From the human T2T-CHM13v2.0 reference genome, Homo sapiens, in NCBI RefSeq assembly GCF_009914755.1, contig NC_060934.1: DNA of 64,000 bases, one strand, 5' to 3'. Under the pieces are notes generated by a model. It did not search any database. It saw only the letters and a list, made by a program, of their open reading frames with translations, and had not been told where the DNA came from. Below are positions 1 to 14,429 of the stretch, piece by piece (position 1 is the stretch's first letter; every line of letters starts with the position of its first letter). The position numbers and the translations under genes were made by a program.

Positions 1-111
1 CTCTCTGTCCTATTTTGTTGCTTGTTTGTTTCCACAAAGCACAGAATTAAGACTTATGAATAGCCAAAGAGAAGCATGGCTTAGCCCGTGACTAACCATA
101 GGAACTATAGA

Positions 112-198
112 GTAAATCAATTTCTTCCTCATCTGTAAAATGAGATGATTAGAATAACTGATCTGAAAGGAAGGTTTCTTTCTAATTTTGTCATTCTA
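112..198 (+). mobile_element. MIR/MIR3 SINE fragment
   Basis: CORE-like 'tttcttcctcatctgtaaaatgagatgatt' followed by a MIR3-type 3' segment; heavily diverged. Confidence 0.45.
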
Positions 199-1165
199 CA
201 ATCATGTATGTTACCTGTTCTATGATATATATTCAGGAAACCACATTAATTTGAACTATACTGATTTGGAATGGGTCAGAATGTTGACTGAGATAATCAA
301 ACTTATGTTAGATTGCTTTTTTTCCTTGTTTTCCCTATTAAAAGAAGAGAAGCATGAATAAATAAATTAACCACATAATGAAAAAGGTTGAGGGCACCTC
401 TACTCTCCTAAGAATGCAAACTGGTCTTTAAGTGCTTTAGAAGTGTCTATTTACTTACAAACGGTGTAACTGCAGTATATGTAGGGTTGATACTGTTTAA
501 AGTATTTTGATGAGCTAATTAGAGATCATCCTTATCTATTAATTAAAACTCCACTACACAGTGTCTGAGGAGTTATAATAGTTGCAGTTTTTATATATTC
601 TTAAAGGGATTAAAACTAAAACAAGTATTCATCAATTTAATTAGCTTTCCTTCCAATTCATTCAAATGGATGATTGACAATGCTTATGTTAAATGAACTT
701 ATTTTGGAAAAAGTAGCTGCATTAAATAAATTATAAGAATGTTGATATATTGGTCATTGGTTTCAAATGTCAAGATTACAATAAAAATAGCATTAGGTAG
801 TCAACCCTTATTTCCCAGAGTAGAGGGATGGCTCAGCAAAACAGGGGGACTTATGAATTAAGTCTGTCTATGCAACCATTCATAGAAGTATTTTGTTGAA
901 TCAAAGCATTCTCTATGTAATGAGTGAATAAAGCATTTCAAATCAATAATCATGCACTAAGGGCTAACAAGTGCTAGGTTCATAAATGGGCTAGTATAAT
1001 GTATGGGTAATACATTTTTTGAAAACACAATTAAGCACTTACACAAACAAATATAAAGTATAGTAACAACTGCCATAAAGTGGATATGAAAAAATGATTT
1101 ATGAGGGTCAAAGGTAGGAAAGACTATACCTCTGTGGCAGGAAAGAATTTCCCATGTGCTACTTT

Positions 1166-1463
1166 TTTTCTTTTTTCCTGATACAGGGTCTCACTCTGTC
1201 ACTAAGGCTGGAGTGCAGAGGCTGCTCACTGCAGCCTCAACTTCTTGGCTCAAGCAATCCTCCCAACTCAGTTTCCCAAGTAGTTGGGACCACAGCACGC
1301 ACACCAAACCTGGCTAAATTCGTTTTTCTTTTTTTCTTTTTTTTTGGAGAGATGCAGTCTCTCTATGTTGCCCAGGCTGGTCTTGAACCTCAGGGCTCAA
1401 GCAATCCTCCTGCCTCAGCCTCCCAAAGTGCTGGGATTACAGGTGTAAGACATCATGCCCAGC
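1166..1463 (-). mobile_element. AluJ SINE
   Basis: Dimeric antisense Alu with J-type 'gggctcaagcaatcctcc'; T-rich tail on the left; TSD tgctacttt at 1157-1165 and 1464-1472. Explains ORF 1154..1477. Confidence 0.93.
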
Positions 1464-2409
1464 TGCTACTTTCTTAATCTACACATCAACCTTTCAAATA
1501 ATATATTAGTATTGTAATGGAATATATAGACACAATCAGATGAAAAGAATTACTACAAAAAGGAAAAACAACGAAAGGCAGGAATAAGAAATAGGCATGA
1601 AGAATCAGGAAGAAACCAATCTGAAAGATTAACTGCCTCGTATTGAGAAGTAGAAGAGAACAGAATCACATGATGAATCAATGCCAGTAACCCAAGAGGA
1701 AAGTAAGATGGGGAAAATTAAAATTCGCTGAAATCTAAACTGGTCAGTGTGGTTATGTAGCCACAAAGCAAGTAGAGAAGAACTTAATTGGTTTTGCTGA
1801 CTAAGGGCTGCAGGTGGGCATGGTGATACATAAATATATGAAGTGATGTGTGATTAATGAGGAAGGGGTGGTTTGTAGGCCTAACTGGCAGTTTGAAATG
1901 TAGTAGGATCACTGTTGTGATTTTATTCTAAGTATAATTTTTGCATTATAGCTAAGGGCATCAGAAATTTGGGAAATTGTTATATTCAGGGTTAACTCTT
2001 CAGAAACCTAGAAGGGAAAGAGAAGATGACCCTTCCATGAAAGGGATGAAAACACTGAGGTTGAAGAGACTGAATTATGGCTCCCTGAGCACTGCCTGCC
2101 CTAAGAGATTTTGATATGGCTGACTCAAACCAGGAAGCGCTTGGCTAAAATAAGGTGCACCAAAACAAGACCTCATGAAAGAGGGGCTAGTCAAATCCAG
2201 AGCAAAGAGTCACTTAGTGTACAGGTACTTCTCTCCCAGACTAAACAGACCAAAAGGATTTTCCAGAACTCTCTCCCCTAGACAGAGACAGAGGTTGGAA
2301 AATCAATACCCTGTGTAAGCAAAAGGACGTGGATGTAGATTGGCAGAGAAACAGAAAGCAAGGAATACAATACAGTAGCTCATGAAGGGATTGAAAGAGG
2401 GTCCAAAAC

Positions 2410-2525
2410 CTGACATCTTCACTTTATAAATGAGAAAACCAAGCTCAGGGGGGTTTACGGGCTCACGATCACAGGGGATCAGTAGTTCTTAGGATTCAAA
2501 CCCAGACCCCTGTCACTCCAAAGGC
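2410..2525 (-). mobile_element. MIR SINE fragment
   Basis: 'ctttataaatgagaaaaccaagctcag...aggattcaaacccaga...cactccaaagg' matches the antisense MIR core and tRNA-derived head. Confidence 0.7.
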
Positions 2526-4615
2526 AAACTGCATATTTCTTTAACAAGCAGGCAAAGTTTGAGATGAACAACTGGAAAGCATTTGCATATGTGTAAAGGC
2601 ATCCAGGTATAAGAATCAGGAGCAAAAGATGGGACAGAAAATGTGAGATGTGCCTGATAAACACCAGGGGTGCACTGTACTTTGTGAATCATCACTCAAA
2701 CAGATGATGAGATTAAGCTATGAAATGGATTTCTTTGATGGCAAAGAGCAGACTTCTGAGGATGTGCAGAAAGAATGTGACCATAAGGGAATAGAAAGTC
2801 ATCTAGGAAAGAGACAACAGAGGAACTTGACAGAGTAGGGAAAGCATCTTGATGAGGCAGAATCACAAAAACCAAAGGAGAAGAGAATTTGGGCATGTTT
2901 TTCAAATGCCTAACTTCAGAATCAGAAATTACTTACCAACAGAGAAGGACATGACCCTTTTATTTCTCATTCTTTTCAACCATCCGGGTCTTCAGGCAAT
3001 TTTTTTCATTCCTTTCTCATTTCATGAATTGTTTTTGGAACGTTGATTTGGTGAGAAAGGGAGTGCAGTATTTATCAGCATTTTCATTCAGAAACAGAAC
3101 CTAAAATATTCTATATTCACTAACGGAAGATGAAGAGTAACCAGTTTCTTTTATTTCTTTGTTTGACAAATAATTGATGCCCAATAGGGCATTTATTGGA
3201 GAACAATAATATCTCTATTATAGCTATAAATGTCTGGATCCAGAGAGCCCTGTTTTGCCTCTTGTCGGAAAATACCAAGCTTGTATAGCTGGCTAGTAAT
3301 ATTTCCAAGTACTACTGTTTGAATTTAGGCATAAATTCTTCTAATTAGATTAGATTTCTTCTAAATAAGAATTTACTGTGTACCCTTAGATTGCACTGTT
3401 TAAAAGAATTAGGCACTTTCTTAAATCCGAATGACTACTCTTGTTCTTTTTGAGTAGTTTATGGTTTTTCCAAATAATATTCATTAGGCAGTTCAATTAC
3501 AGGGTATGGTCTATTCCTTGGTTATTCTTAGTCAATACCTGAGTGAAAGTAGTGTATCCTTTTCATGTTTCTGTTTAGCATTAGTCATTATTTGCTAACA
3601 GAGTAGCCTATTGATTGGTGAGACTTGTAAAATTAATGGCTGGGAAAACAACTTAACCTCATGGCATTCTATGAAATCCCCAGAGTTCCTTGGACCTTGC
3701 TTGCAAATTACTGTCTTTATGTCACTGGTTTTTACATACATGTAATATTTCTTGTTTAAATCTTGGGAATTTGGCTCATGTAAAGGCTCTTCTTCACTCA
3801 GTGATTAGCTAGTCCTTTGTGGAATCTTCAGAAAGATTTATATTAAGGAGTCAGTCAGTAATCTAAGAGTTATGAAAAAATAGTTTCATGAATCAAACCA
3901 TGTGTGTCAGTGAGAATATTTTCATGCTGTTTCTTTTCATTACATTACATGACAGAGTTGATGATTTACAATGCAATAGCCCCCTCTCTGGTAGTAGAAC
4001 AGGGACTAAATTGATATTCTCTCACAAACACTTGTTTGCAATATTTGTTTAAGGATAACCCTCTACTATGGCCCTAACTTTTTGAATGGTTAAGTGTCCT
4101 TCCTTCTAATTGATATATTTCATTTATAATAAACCTGGTTTCAAATAGGAAGAACATGTTGAGTGGTATAGAAAGGGGTGGAATGAGAACAAGTAAAGGT
4201 ATAAGATAATATTTACATTTATTTTGTAGGACCACAAACCATGCAAGTCTAAAGATCACAAACAATTTGTAAGGAAGAATACAAATTATACCAACAATAG
4301 AGAACACACTTTCTTTAGGAAATAAGACATGAAAGAGGCTTTGAGAAATGGGTAGACTTTGCACTGACATGGAGAAATAAAGGATGGCATACTAGGCAAT
4401 GAGAAGAAAGAAAGAACAAAGGTATGCACTGAATATAACCTGAATCGACATTTCTCCACAGAAGACATAAACGTGACCAACAGGTACATGAAAGGGGCTG
4501 AACATCACTAGTCATCAGGGAAATGCACAGCAGATATCACCTCACACCTGTTAGAATGGCTATTGTCAAAAAGGCAAAAGATACCAAGTGTTGGCAAAGA
4601 TATGGTAATGGACTA

Positions 4616-5056
<441 letters not shown>

Positions 5057-5083
5057 TTATTCAACCTTAGGAAAGGAAATCCT

Positions 5084-5422
<339 letters not shown>

Positions 5423-5703
5423 CTAAATGAAATAAACCAGACCCAGAAACACAAATATTGCATGATCTCACTTATACGTAAAATCTAAAAAGTCAAACTC
5501 ATAGAAGCAGAGTATAGTGATGGTTGCCAGGGGCTAAGGGATGGGGGAAATAAATGTACAGTTGCTTATCAATGGGCATAAAGTTTCAATTAAGCAAGAT
5601 AAATAAGTTTTGGAGATCTAATGTATAGCGTGGTGACTATAGTTAATAATAACATATTGTATACTTGAAATTTGCTAAGAGAACAGATTGTAAATGTTCT
5701 CAC

Positions 5704-5735
<32 letters not shown>

Positions 5736-6689
5736 GGGGATAGATATGTTTGATTGTACAATCATTTCACAATATATACATATATCAAAACATCACATTA
5801 TATACCATATGTGTGTGTGTGTGTGTATATATATATACACAAATTTCATTTGTCAGTTATACCTCAGTATAGCTATGAAAAAAAAGAAATAAATTTGTTT
5901 TCAAGTGTTAATACTGTGACTCTCTTTTTAGGAATGGATTTCTGGAATTTTACCTTGTAGCTTCCTCCAATCCAACCTTCAGTAGCCTGTCAGTCTCAAA
6001 TCAGGTCATAGCCATTTGTAGTATCTGTCCTGAGGTGATACCAGGAATATTATAAATCCAGTTACAGAGCCAGGGAGTGGCTTTGTTGTAGTCCTGGTCT
6101 GAAATCCCTATTGGTAAGTTTTCTTCTCTCAGAGCTAGCAGTTTACAATAAGCAGTAGTCCCCACTCAGCTTTCAAAATCATGTTTTCCCCCATTCACAA
6201 ACAACAGATTCTTACAGCAGCTTTTGACTTTGAATAGTGAGCTTGAATCTAGTGGTCCATCTTGCACGAAATATTTTAATTCCCTACATCCACAAGGGAG
6301 CCAGTTTCTAGGCTGCTTGCAGAAGTGTGCCCCACTAGTTGATGACTTTGGTCTTGCCTGACATTTTATGTTTATGTTCTATTTCAAGTCCATAGAGATG
6401 TTATTTCATTTTTGAAAGCAGCAATGAGTTTTTGTGTTTTCTTTTTATATGACTCTATTTTCTATATTTGAAACACAGCATTCTTGTCATGGTGTGAACT
6501 TACTCTGCCACATTGTCTGGAAGTCTTTTCAGGGCTATATCTATCATTCCAAATTGACAGGAAGCCAGAAATAAAATTATACAGAAAACATGGTGACCAA
6601 CTATATTTTGAATATATAGAGAGAATATCTTAATTTATGTCAGTCAACTAAATACTCAATGACCATCTACTATCTTGAGGTATATAAAT

Positions 6690-6900
6690 GCTAAAAGTAT
6701 AGCCTTTGTAGCCAAACCGTTTGCATTTGAATGGTAGTTTTGTTGTTTGATCTTTTGAGTTCCTTTGAATTGCTTTACCCAAGTGCTTCAATTCCTCATC
6801 ATTAAAATAATGCTCATCTCAGAAGTTGGCTGTGAAGAATATATTAGGATATGTGAAATCCTTATAGTAATGCTGGGTCTAATAACAAATATATTTAAAA
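6690..6900 (+). mobile_element. MIR SINE (diverged)
   Basis: 'gtgcttcaattcctcatcattaaaataatgctcatctcagaagttggctgtgaagaat' resembles the MIR core and 3' part. Confidence 0.55.
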
Positions 6901-8668
6901 TTTTCTTATTTATTTACCTTAGTGCAAAATGGTACCAGATTCTGTAGGAGATACAAAAAGTGCTCAGTACATATGTCCTGCATGTATAAATTTTATTTTG
7001 AGTTGGTAAGGGTATAAATGTAAAACAATTAGAGAATAATAAAGCCATTATGTCACACTTTTCCACATACTATTTTATCAATTCTAAAATGTATTAGGAA
7101 TTAATAGATAATGTAATTTATTGAAAACTGAGATAGCTGAGAATAAATGTCTTAGAGAGAGACTTGAGCTATGTTATAATAGATGAGATAGATGGAGAGA
7201 AAACCCAGGTAAGGAGGCAACACAAGCTGAGATTAGGGGAGGAAACGAGAGTGATGTGTAGGATGAACATGCTATATGTGGAGAAGAACATGGCAGAGGA
7301 TCTGGATGGTAAAAATGAGAGAAACAGCAGCGGATTATCATGGATGAGATTAGGGTAGATATATTTAAAAGCCAAATGAAAGAGTTTAGACTTAGGTGAA
7401 TGATTTTCAATAGGGAACTGTGGTTCTTCTTTGGGGTAATAACAAAATGGAAATCATATATAGGCAAGATTTTTTGAGATAGTTACACATAATTTAATGA
7501 GCCACAAACCTAATTTTATGCCCAGGCAAGTTCAAGTTTGCCTATAAGCATCTTTTAATTTGAAACAGGAATGATCTAGTCAGGCTCTGTACATGGTTTT
7601 AGTGATATGAGACAGAGGGCGCTGGATCCTCCCACTTGTCTGACAGTGAAGGGCACATTCCCATTGTTTCTTATGTTCACTCGTGAAAAATGAGAAATAC
7701 AGAATCAGAGACATGACCTAATTTAAAGTCCACTTTGCATTATTACCAATGGAAATATCCCAAACTCTCCCAGTGGCCCTTAAATATTGTTTTAAAAATG
7801 CTGCTGTGAAAACAAACACCAAATTCTTGCAGATAAAATATATTTCACCTTATGAGCTTATACAGAATTCACATCAGGCTAATAAAATAGAACATGTTGA
7901 CATTGTTAAAGTTAATGTACAGTAATTTAGTACTTGCTGAAGATACATTTGAAATTTAACATATCAGAACAGTAGGTAGGTTGAAACACCTTGGACACCA
8001 AATAGATATTTTCGTGTGTCCTTGAGGAGTATCTATGCTGCAATATTAATTCTGGAAAACCACCAAATGTAACTATAATGACAACAGTGCTGTTAGAGTT
8101 CCACAGAATTATTTTCAGGTTTTCTTTCATAACTGAATCATATTTTATTATTACCCTAAGATACTTAGATTGCACAACTGTGCATAAAATCCCCTGCCAG
8201 AAAATTGAGGAAAGAATGAACGAATTAGAAGGAAATAATGAAGCCATCCCCAGATTCCAGATGGATACAAAACTAATTTCATCTTTAAGGTCCTGCCATC
8301 TGTTCTTTTTATTTATTTTAGCATTACACATTTACATACCTTCAAGTGAAGAAGTCAAAAAGCAGACGCATTTGTAATGGAACACCTCATTTAAGGGGAG
8401 AAAAGGTCAAAAACCGTAATTTCTTTTGTAATGCTTTGGTGGAGTCTAGTTGTTTGTTCAAGATATGCAAATTTTTCCAGTAACTGAGAAATAATCAGGC
8501 TGACAAGCCATCAGGAAATAGTAAATTAGGAAAAGCAATAAAATTGTAGCAAATCCTATAATATGGTAGTCAAATCGTTAATGTGCTTTTAAATTTTTTC
8601 TTGTTGTTCCCTTATGTTTGTTTCCTTTTTGGTAAATTTGAATAAGGTGTCAAAAATTTTCAAGCTGG

Positions 8669-9090
8669 TATAGTAGATTGAATAGTGTGCCCCAAAATTC
8701 ATGTCAACCTGGAACATTAGAATGTGACTTTATTCAGAAATAGTGTGTTGTAGCTTTAATCAATCAAAGTAAGAATCTAGATGAGGTCATACTGGATTGG
8801 AGTGGGTCCTAAATCCAGTGACTAGTTTACTCATAAGCAGAGGAGAGGAAACAGAGAGACATACAGAAACAGAGAAGAAGGCCATGTAAAGTCGGAGGCA
8901 GAGCCGGAAGCCACCAGAAGCTAGAGAGGGTCAAGGAAGAATTCTTTCCTAGAACTGTCAGAAGAAGCATGGTCCTACAGATACCTTAATTTCAGACTTC
9001 CGGCCTCCAAACTCAGAGGAAAAGATAGCTGTTGTCTTAAGCCACCAAGCTTGTAGTACTTTGTTACTACAGCCCTAGGAAACTAATATG
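8669..9090 (+). mobile_element. MLT1C-like solo LTR (ERVL-MaLR)
   Basis: 'ccccaaaattcatgtc', 'gatgaggtcatactggatt', 'ttaagccaccaag', ends 'cagccctaggaaactaata'. Confidence 0.85.
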
Positions 9091-10637
9091 ACTGCTAAGA
9101 TTTATTGAATGTAGATTTTGAAATCTTTTGAAAGCTTAAATTTTTTACTTTCAACATTCTTACATAGCCATGAGTAAAAGCTGTGTATGGAAATTTGAAG
9201 ATATGAGAGCATGTTTTTTTGCACTGAGTAATATAAATCAAACCAGACACATGGGGAAAGTCAATGTAAAAATTTACACATGATCCGCATTCCTAAACTA
9301 TGCAAAATGCATTTAGCTACTATTCTAACTAAAGAGTTAATCAAGAAATAAAGAAGAAAAACAACAATATAGGGGAAGAAATGTTGTCCAAAGTTATTTT
9401 TAAAAGAATAAATAAAAATGAAAAATCTGGTAAGATCCTCTCCTGTTTCCCTGTTGTTTTAAATTTTTATCTTATTTCACAGAGTATCAGTTTTGAATCT
9501 GAAATTTAATGAAGATAAGCAATATCTGATAGCATGTTTATACTTGCATTCCTAACTGCTACGTGCCTATGGGACACATAAGATTGTGAAGGTGGGGAGA
9601 GACACGTATAGAATTAACAGCTTTCATTTTACTCTTCAAATTTAAGAGTTGGAGAGTTTTTCTTTTTTAAAAAATCTAAATTTTAATGAACCCTTTTATA
9701 GGGCAAAAAGCTTTGCTATTCTATATGCCTTAATCATGCTAGGATGTGTTTTGTTAACCAATGCATAGTGTTGTGTGGCCTCAGATTTAGGAGTATGCTT
9801 GTGTGTGGTAGTGTATCCTATATGATTTTTTTACTTGATCAGTTTCTTAATACCATTGTATTTTGACTACTATTCTTAAATAATAAGACAACCATTTTTT
9901 TTCAAGCTGGGTAGAGTATGTGAAATATAAGAAAGCACACTTAATTAAAATAAAAGCTGAAAATTAAAATCTTATCAAGCTTGCCTTATTTTAAGGAGCT
10001 CAGACCATTGCAAAAATAAATCTTGCTTTCTCATTTAGTTTCAGGTGACCAAGTCTCTGAATCCAACAGTTCTATCTTCTGCCTCCAAATGTAGCATGAT
10101 ATTTCCTTCAGATTAATGAACAGAAATACATTGCCATTGTAGCAACAATCAATCAGTTAAATCACACTTTCTAAGGCCATTTCAGGGGTTTTAAATTATT
10201 TTTCTAAACTATTATACCCTGTTTTCATCATCACCCTCTCTACCAAAAACTTTGCATGACATTTAATGCCCCGTGAAAGAAAGCCCAGACTCCTCTCACC
10301 CTGGCAAAGACAACCTTCACTGATAACCTGGCTTGGAAGATCCTTTCTGATTTCCTCTCCTACTATTATTGCCTATCTGAGCCCTCCTCTCTGTGAAGTT
10401 AGGCTCATCCATTCACTGTTCCCCAAACACTTTATGAGCATCCTTTCTTCTGAGATTTTCTTCACTCATCTCACCAGAAATGCCCATCACTCTTTGAATG
10501 CATCCATATCCACCTACCTTGAAGCCTTCCTTCTGCTTCCTTTGAAATCACAGCTGTTACTACTTGGCCCAGTAATTTGGCATTCAACCACATAGGACTC
10601 ACAAACTTGAAAAACGCTGTTTTTTAAAATTGTCAAG

Positions 10638-11090
10638 TGATATAGATAGATATTTGGATATTTGTCCCCTCCCAAATCTCATGTCGAATTATAATCTCCA
10701 GTATCGGAGGTGGGGCCTGGTGGGATGTGGTTGGATCAGGGGGATGGTTTCTCCTGAATGGTTTAGCACCATCCGCGTGGTGCTCTACTCATGATAGTGA
10801 GTTCTCATGAGATCTGGCTGTTTAAGTGTGTGGCATCCCCACCCACCTCTCTCTCTCTTTCTCTCACATACACACACACACACACACACACACGCCATGT
10901 GATATGCCAGCTTCCCCTTTGCCTTCTGTCATGATTGTAATCTTCCCATGGCCTTATCAGAAGCCGAGCAGATGTCCAGTGCCATGTTTCCTGTACAGCC
11001 TGCAGAACTATGAGCCAGTTAAACCTCTTTTCTTTATAAATTACCCAGTCTCCGTTATTTTTTATAGCAGTGCAAGAACGTACTAATACA
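10638..11090 (+). mobile_element. MSTA-like solo LTR (ERVL-MaLR) with internal (CT)n(CA)n
   Basis: TG...CA termini; 'tttggatatttgtcccctcccaaatctcatg' start; 'ttaaacctcttttctttataaattacccagtctc...ctaataca' end. Confidence 0.9.
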
Positions 11091-12196
11091 CCAATTAATG
11101 AGTGCAATAGATACATTTACTGACTGCTCAAGTCTCACTCCGTGCTTGACCATCACCCCATGCTTGATCAACTGGGCAGTTGAAATCTGAATCAAAGACA
11201 ACAATGGGATGAAGTATGGCTTGACAACTGGCTGAGGAATGAGGATGAGGTTCCAAGCCAAGGTGGAGCCCAGGAATACAGTGTCACGATAAAGGTCAAA
11301 TGATTCCTTGCAAACTTACTCATTTACATTTTAAATGGTTCAATTGAACATTATGATAAAAAAGCTCAATTCAAATGGTCATGCAAAAAGTATGGTACTT
11401 GATAATATTTTATTTTATGGTACAGGTACCTTCTACTATTTCTTGATATCATATGTTATTACTGAAATTCAATGGCTGACATGGATATCAACTTGAATAT
11501 AAACAATCTGATGGAAGGACATTTCTCTGACACCCCTCATATTTCTCAATATGGTACAATCTGTGATTATACAAATATTTGTTATTAGGTTAGTGCTAGA
11601 CTATTAGGTCTTTGTGAAGTACAAATCTAAAAGAAAGCAATATATACTTGTGTTCGGAAATATATTCAAGAATAAAACATAAATGCCAAGAACTAGTCTT
11701 TCAAAAGGCAATAGGTACAGGAACAAAAATTTGAATATTCTCAAAAGGATAAATATTGTTATTCATGAACTGATAGCAATATTTGAATGGTATCATCTCC
11801 TTTGCAGTGACATAATATAAGCTAAACACTGGGGAGATGCATGAAGAATGTTAAAATGTATTAATCTTGCAGAATATACTGTGGCATATTTTCTAACACA
11901 TATACTCAATAGTGAAATTGATCATTTCAATTTACCAATACTTGTAGTAGTACTGTAAAACATAAGTTTACATAAAAATCTCATTTTTAAAATAAAAGAC
12001 ACTCCTGCTATTGGTAAAATTTGTTTTTATGAATTAAAAAAAACTTCACACTGGGTTTTTGAAGCATTGCATTAGCAGTAATGTTTTTGTTAATTTAACT
12101 CCTCATCCCTTGTAACATTTCAAAAATTCACCACTAGTCATAATTCTCTTAAGAAAATAAAAAGCAGCTTTGAGAGCTATAGTTAGAGATTAAGAC

Positions 12197-12530
12197 AGAG
12201 GTCAGCCAATTATGTTTGACCATGTCTGGCTGACCATATGGCCAAATCTGGCCTGCCACCTGTTTTTGTATGGTTCATGAGCTAGAAATGGTTTTCACAT
12301 TTTTAAAGAGTTGAATAAAACTTAAAAATATACTATTTTATGATACAGGAGCACTGTATGCAACGCAAATTTTATTGTCCATAAATAAAGTTTTATTGAA
12401 CCATGGCCATGCTCTTTCATTTATCTATTGTCTATGGCTGGTTTCATGCCATGCAGTACTTGCAGCAGAGAATGTATGGCTCACAAAGGCTAAAATATTT
12501 ATTATCTGGCCCGTTAGAGAAAAAGAAAGT
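12197..12530 (+). mobile_element. MER58B-like hAT-Charlie non-autonomous DNA transposon
   Basis: 'ggccaaatctggcctgccacctgtttttgta', 'ccataaataaagttttattgaa', 'aaaatatttattatctggccc'. Confidence 0.8.
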
Positions 12531-13544
12531 TCTTATCTATAATTTCTGAGAAGGAAATACAAATTAATTAAGCTTTGCAAAATGAAAAATTAATTCCAGA
12601 TAACTCTCTTTTATGTGCAATTAGTCAATTGGAACATTCTACGTTCAAGTTATATATATTCCCAGAACATGCAAGCACATACTCAACTTAAAAGTCATAA
12701 ATTCAATAACACTAACTTAAAACAAATTTTCCACCACAATATTTAGTGTTATAATTTTAACACAAACCAATGAGCAAGATACTACATGCCAGATGTGACC
12801 TGAAAGTAACAACCCATTGGTCAGAAAAAACTCACTGGACTGTGTAATCTCTAATAAGTACGAAGTGGTGATATCTAAAGCAAACAGAATAAAATCACTC
12901 TTTGTGGTAATCAGAATGACTTTCTAAACAAATGTTAAGACAAAAAAATTCTGCCGAACCACCAAGGACATCCCAAGCAATCATTTTATTTTTCTCTCTG
13001 CTTTGCTATTAGAGGCTATCTGAGCATTGTTTCTTCTAGATATTGAGAAAAGTACATAATTTCTACTAAGTATGCTACGTGCATTAGTGTTCCCTTAATG
13101 ATTACAAGTTGTAGATCTGCTAAGTGCATCCTGAATGCACTGAATGTGCAATTGTTTTGCATAAACGTGAAAAGCAGAGATTCTAAATAAAAAGCCGCTA
13201 TTTAACCATTTGTGATTATGCTATCATCCCACACCATCGCATGTAAATGCACTTTTCTACTCTCTTTCCAGTTGCTAAAGTAAATGACCAGGAACAGAGA
13301 AATGCCCTCATTTCTTATTTATTGGTCACTTACTTCCTTGGCTTGCATATAAAATCAAACCATCCATAAAATCCCTTTAAAAAGTTGACACATTTAGGGA
13401 TCAAATTATTTCACACAAAATTGAGATATTTCCAAAAATAGGCATGTTTTGAAGAATATCTCACATTACATGTGCAACTGAGTTCTTTTCCTGTCCCAGG
13501 TACAGATTTGTTAGGTGATCTTAATCAAATTGTTTATGCTTTCT

Positions 13545-14060
13545 TCATTCACTGCATACTATTCCTTTGGCAAATATGTTTCTGCCTTGATAATGAACTA
13601 GGTACTATGTGAAGTGTTATACAGAATAAAAAGATGAATCAGACATAACTATGATCTCTAGGATTCGACAAACAAGTAAAAGTATTAATCATATATATAT
13701 ATGTACAAATAACGGTGAGGTAAAAAATGCTGAGTGCACCTAAGAGAGGTGCAGATAAGATATTTTGGAAGGTCAGAGGGAGAAGCCATTACCTCCAACT
13801 GGGAAGATCCAGGAGGAATTTATTGGTGAGGCTGCATTTGAGCTGTACCTTAAAAAATGGTTAAGAAGAGTAAATTAAATTGACTGACAAGGGCATTTCA
13901 CAAACTGACAGGTATGCAAATGACAGGTAAGAATGTGGTAGATGTGTGTGGGTAAAGAAGAAAATGTCATTTTTTTTTTTTGTCCATAGGCTTGGATGTG
14001 TAAAGTGGAGCAAGTTATAGTTAAATCTAGAGACATAGCATGAGAACACGAAGATAGTGC
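13545..14060 (-). mobile_element. L2 LINE fragment
   Basis: Antisense L2 3' pattern 'ggtactatgtgaagtg...aagatgaatcagacata' and 'gaggctgcatttgagctgtacctt'. Confidence 0.55.
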
Positions 14061-14064
14061 GGTC

Positions 14065-14287
14065 TGGAAGGAAGCATTGGACTCAGACAGATATAAGTTA
14101 GAATTATGGCCCTGGATACTGGCTGAGTATACCAGAGTACTTTACTTAACCTCTAAGTCTCTTCTAATGTCTAGAAATATTACATAACTTGCAAGGTCCT
14201 TGTAAAGATAAAAAATATATATATGCACATTTTATAACACAATGTCTGGCACATTATAGATGTCTAATAAATAATAGCTATTATTGT
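14065..14287 (+). mobile_element. MIR SINE
   Basis: 'ttacttaacctctaagtctc' core and 3' end 'tgtctggcacattatagatgtctaataaataatagctattatt'. Confidence 0.75.
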
Positions 14288-14429
14288 GTCAATATTATAT
14301 TGAATAACAGGCTAAAAGTTTTAGATAGTGCTGTAAGAAGTTATCACACTCACTATGGAAAGTACCACAAGGTTAGCAGTTTCTGAAACTAGGAACTATT
14401 TGGAAACTAAAGCAGTTGGAGAGTTAGCT

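Noticed and set aside
3270-4300. Possible ancient L1M/L1ME fragments (also about 5900-6530)
   Set aside because: Too diverged to assign family, strand or boundaries by eye.
7927-8377. Overlapping 134-aa (-) and 99-aa (+) ORFs in unique sequence
   Set aside because: No recognisable domain, composition typical of AT-rich chance ORFs, and no convincing flanking splice sites.
13245-13290. + strand microexon-like pattern cttttctactctctttccag|TTGCTAAA|gtaaat
   Set aside because: Only 8 nt (frame-shifting), the donor is weak, and it is on the opposite strand to the inferred host.
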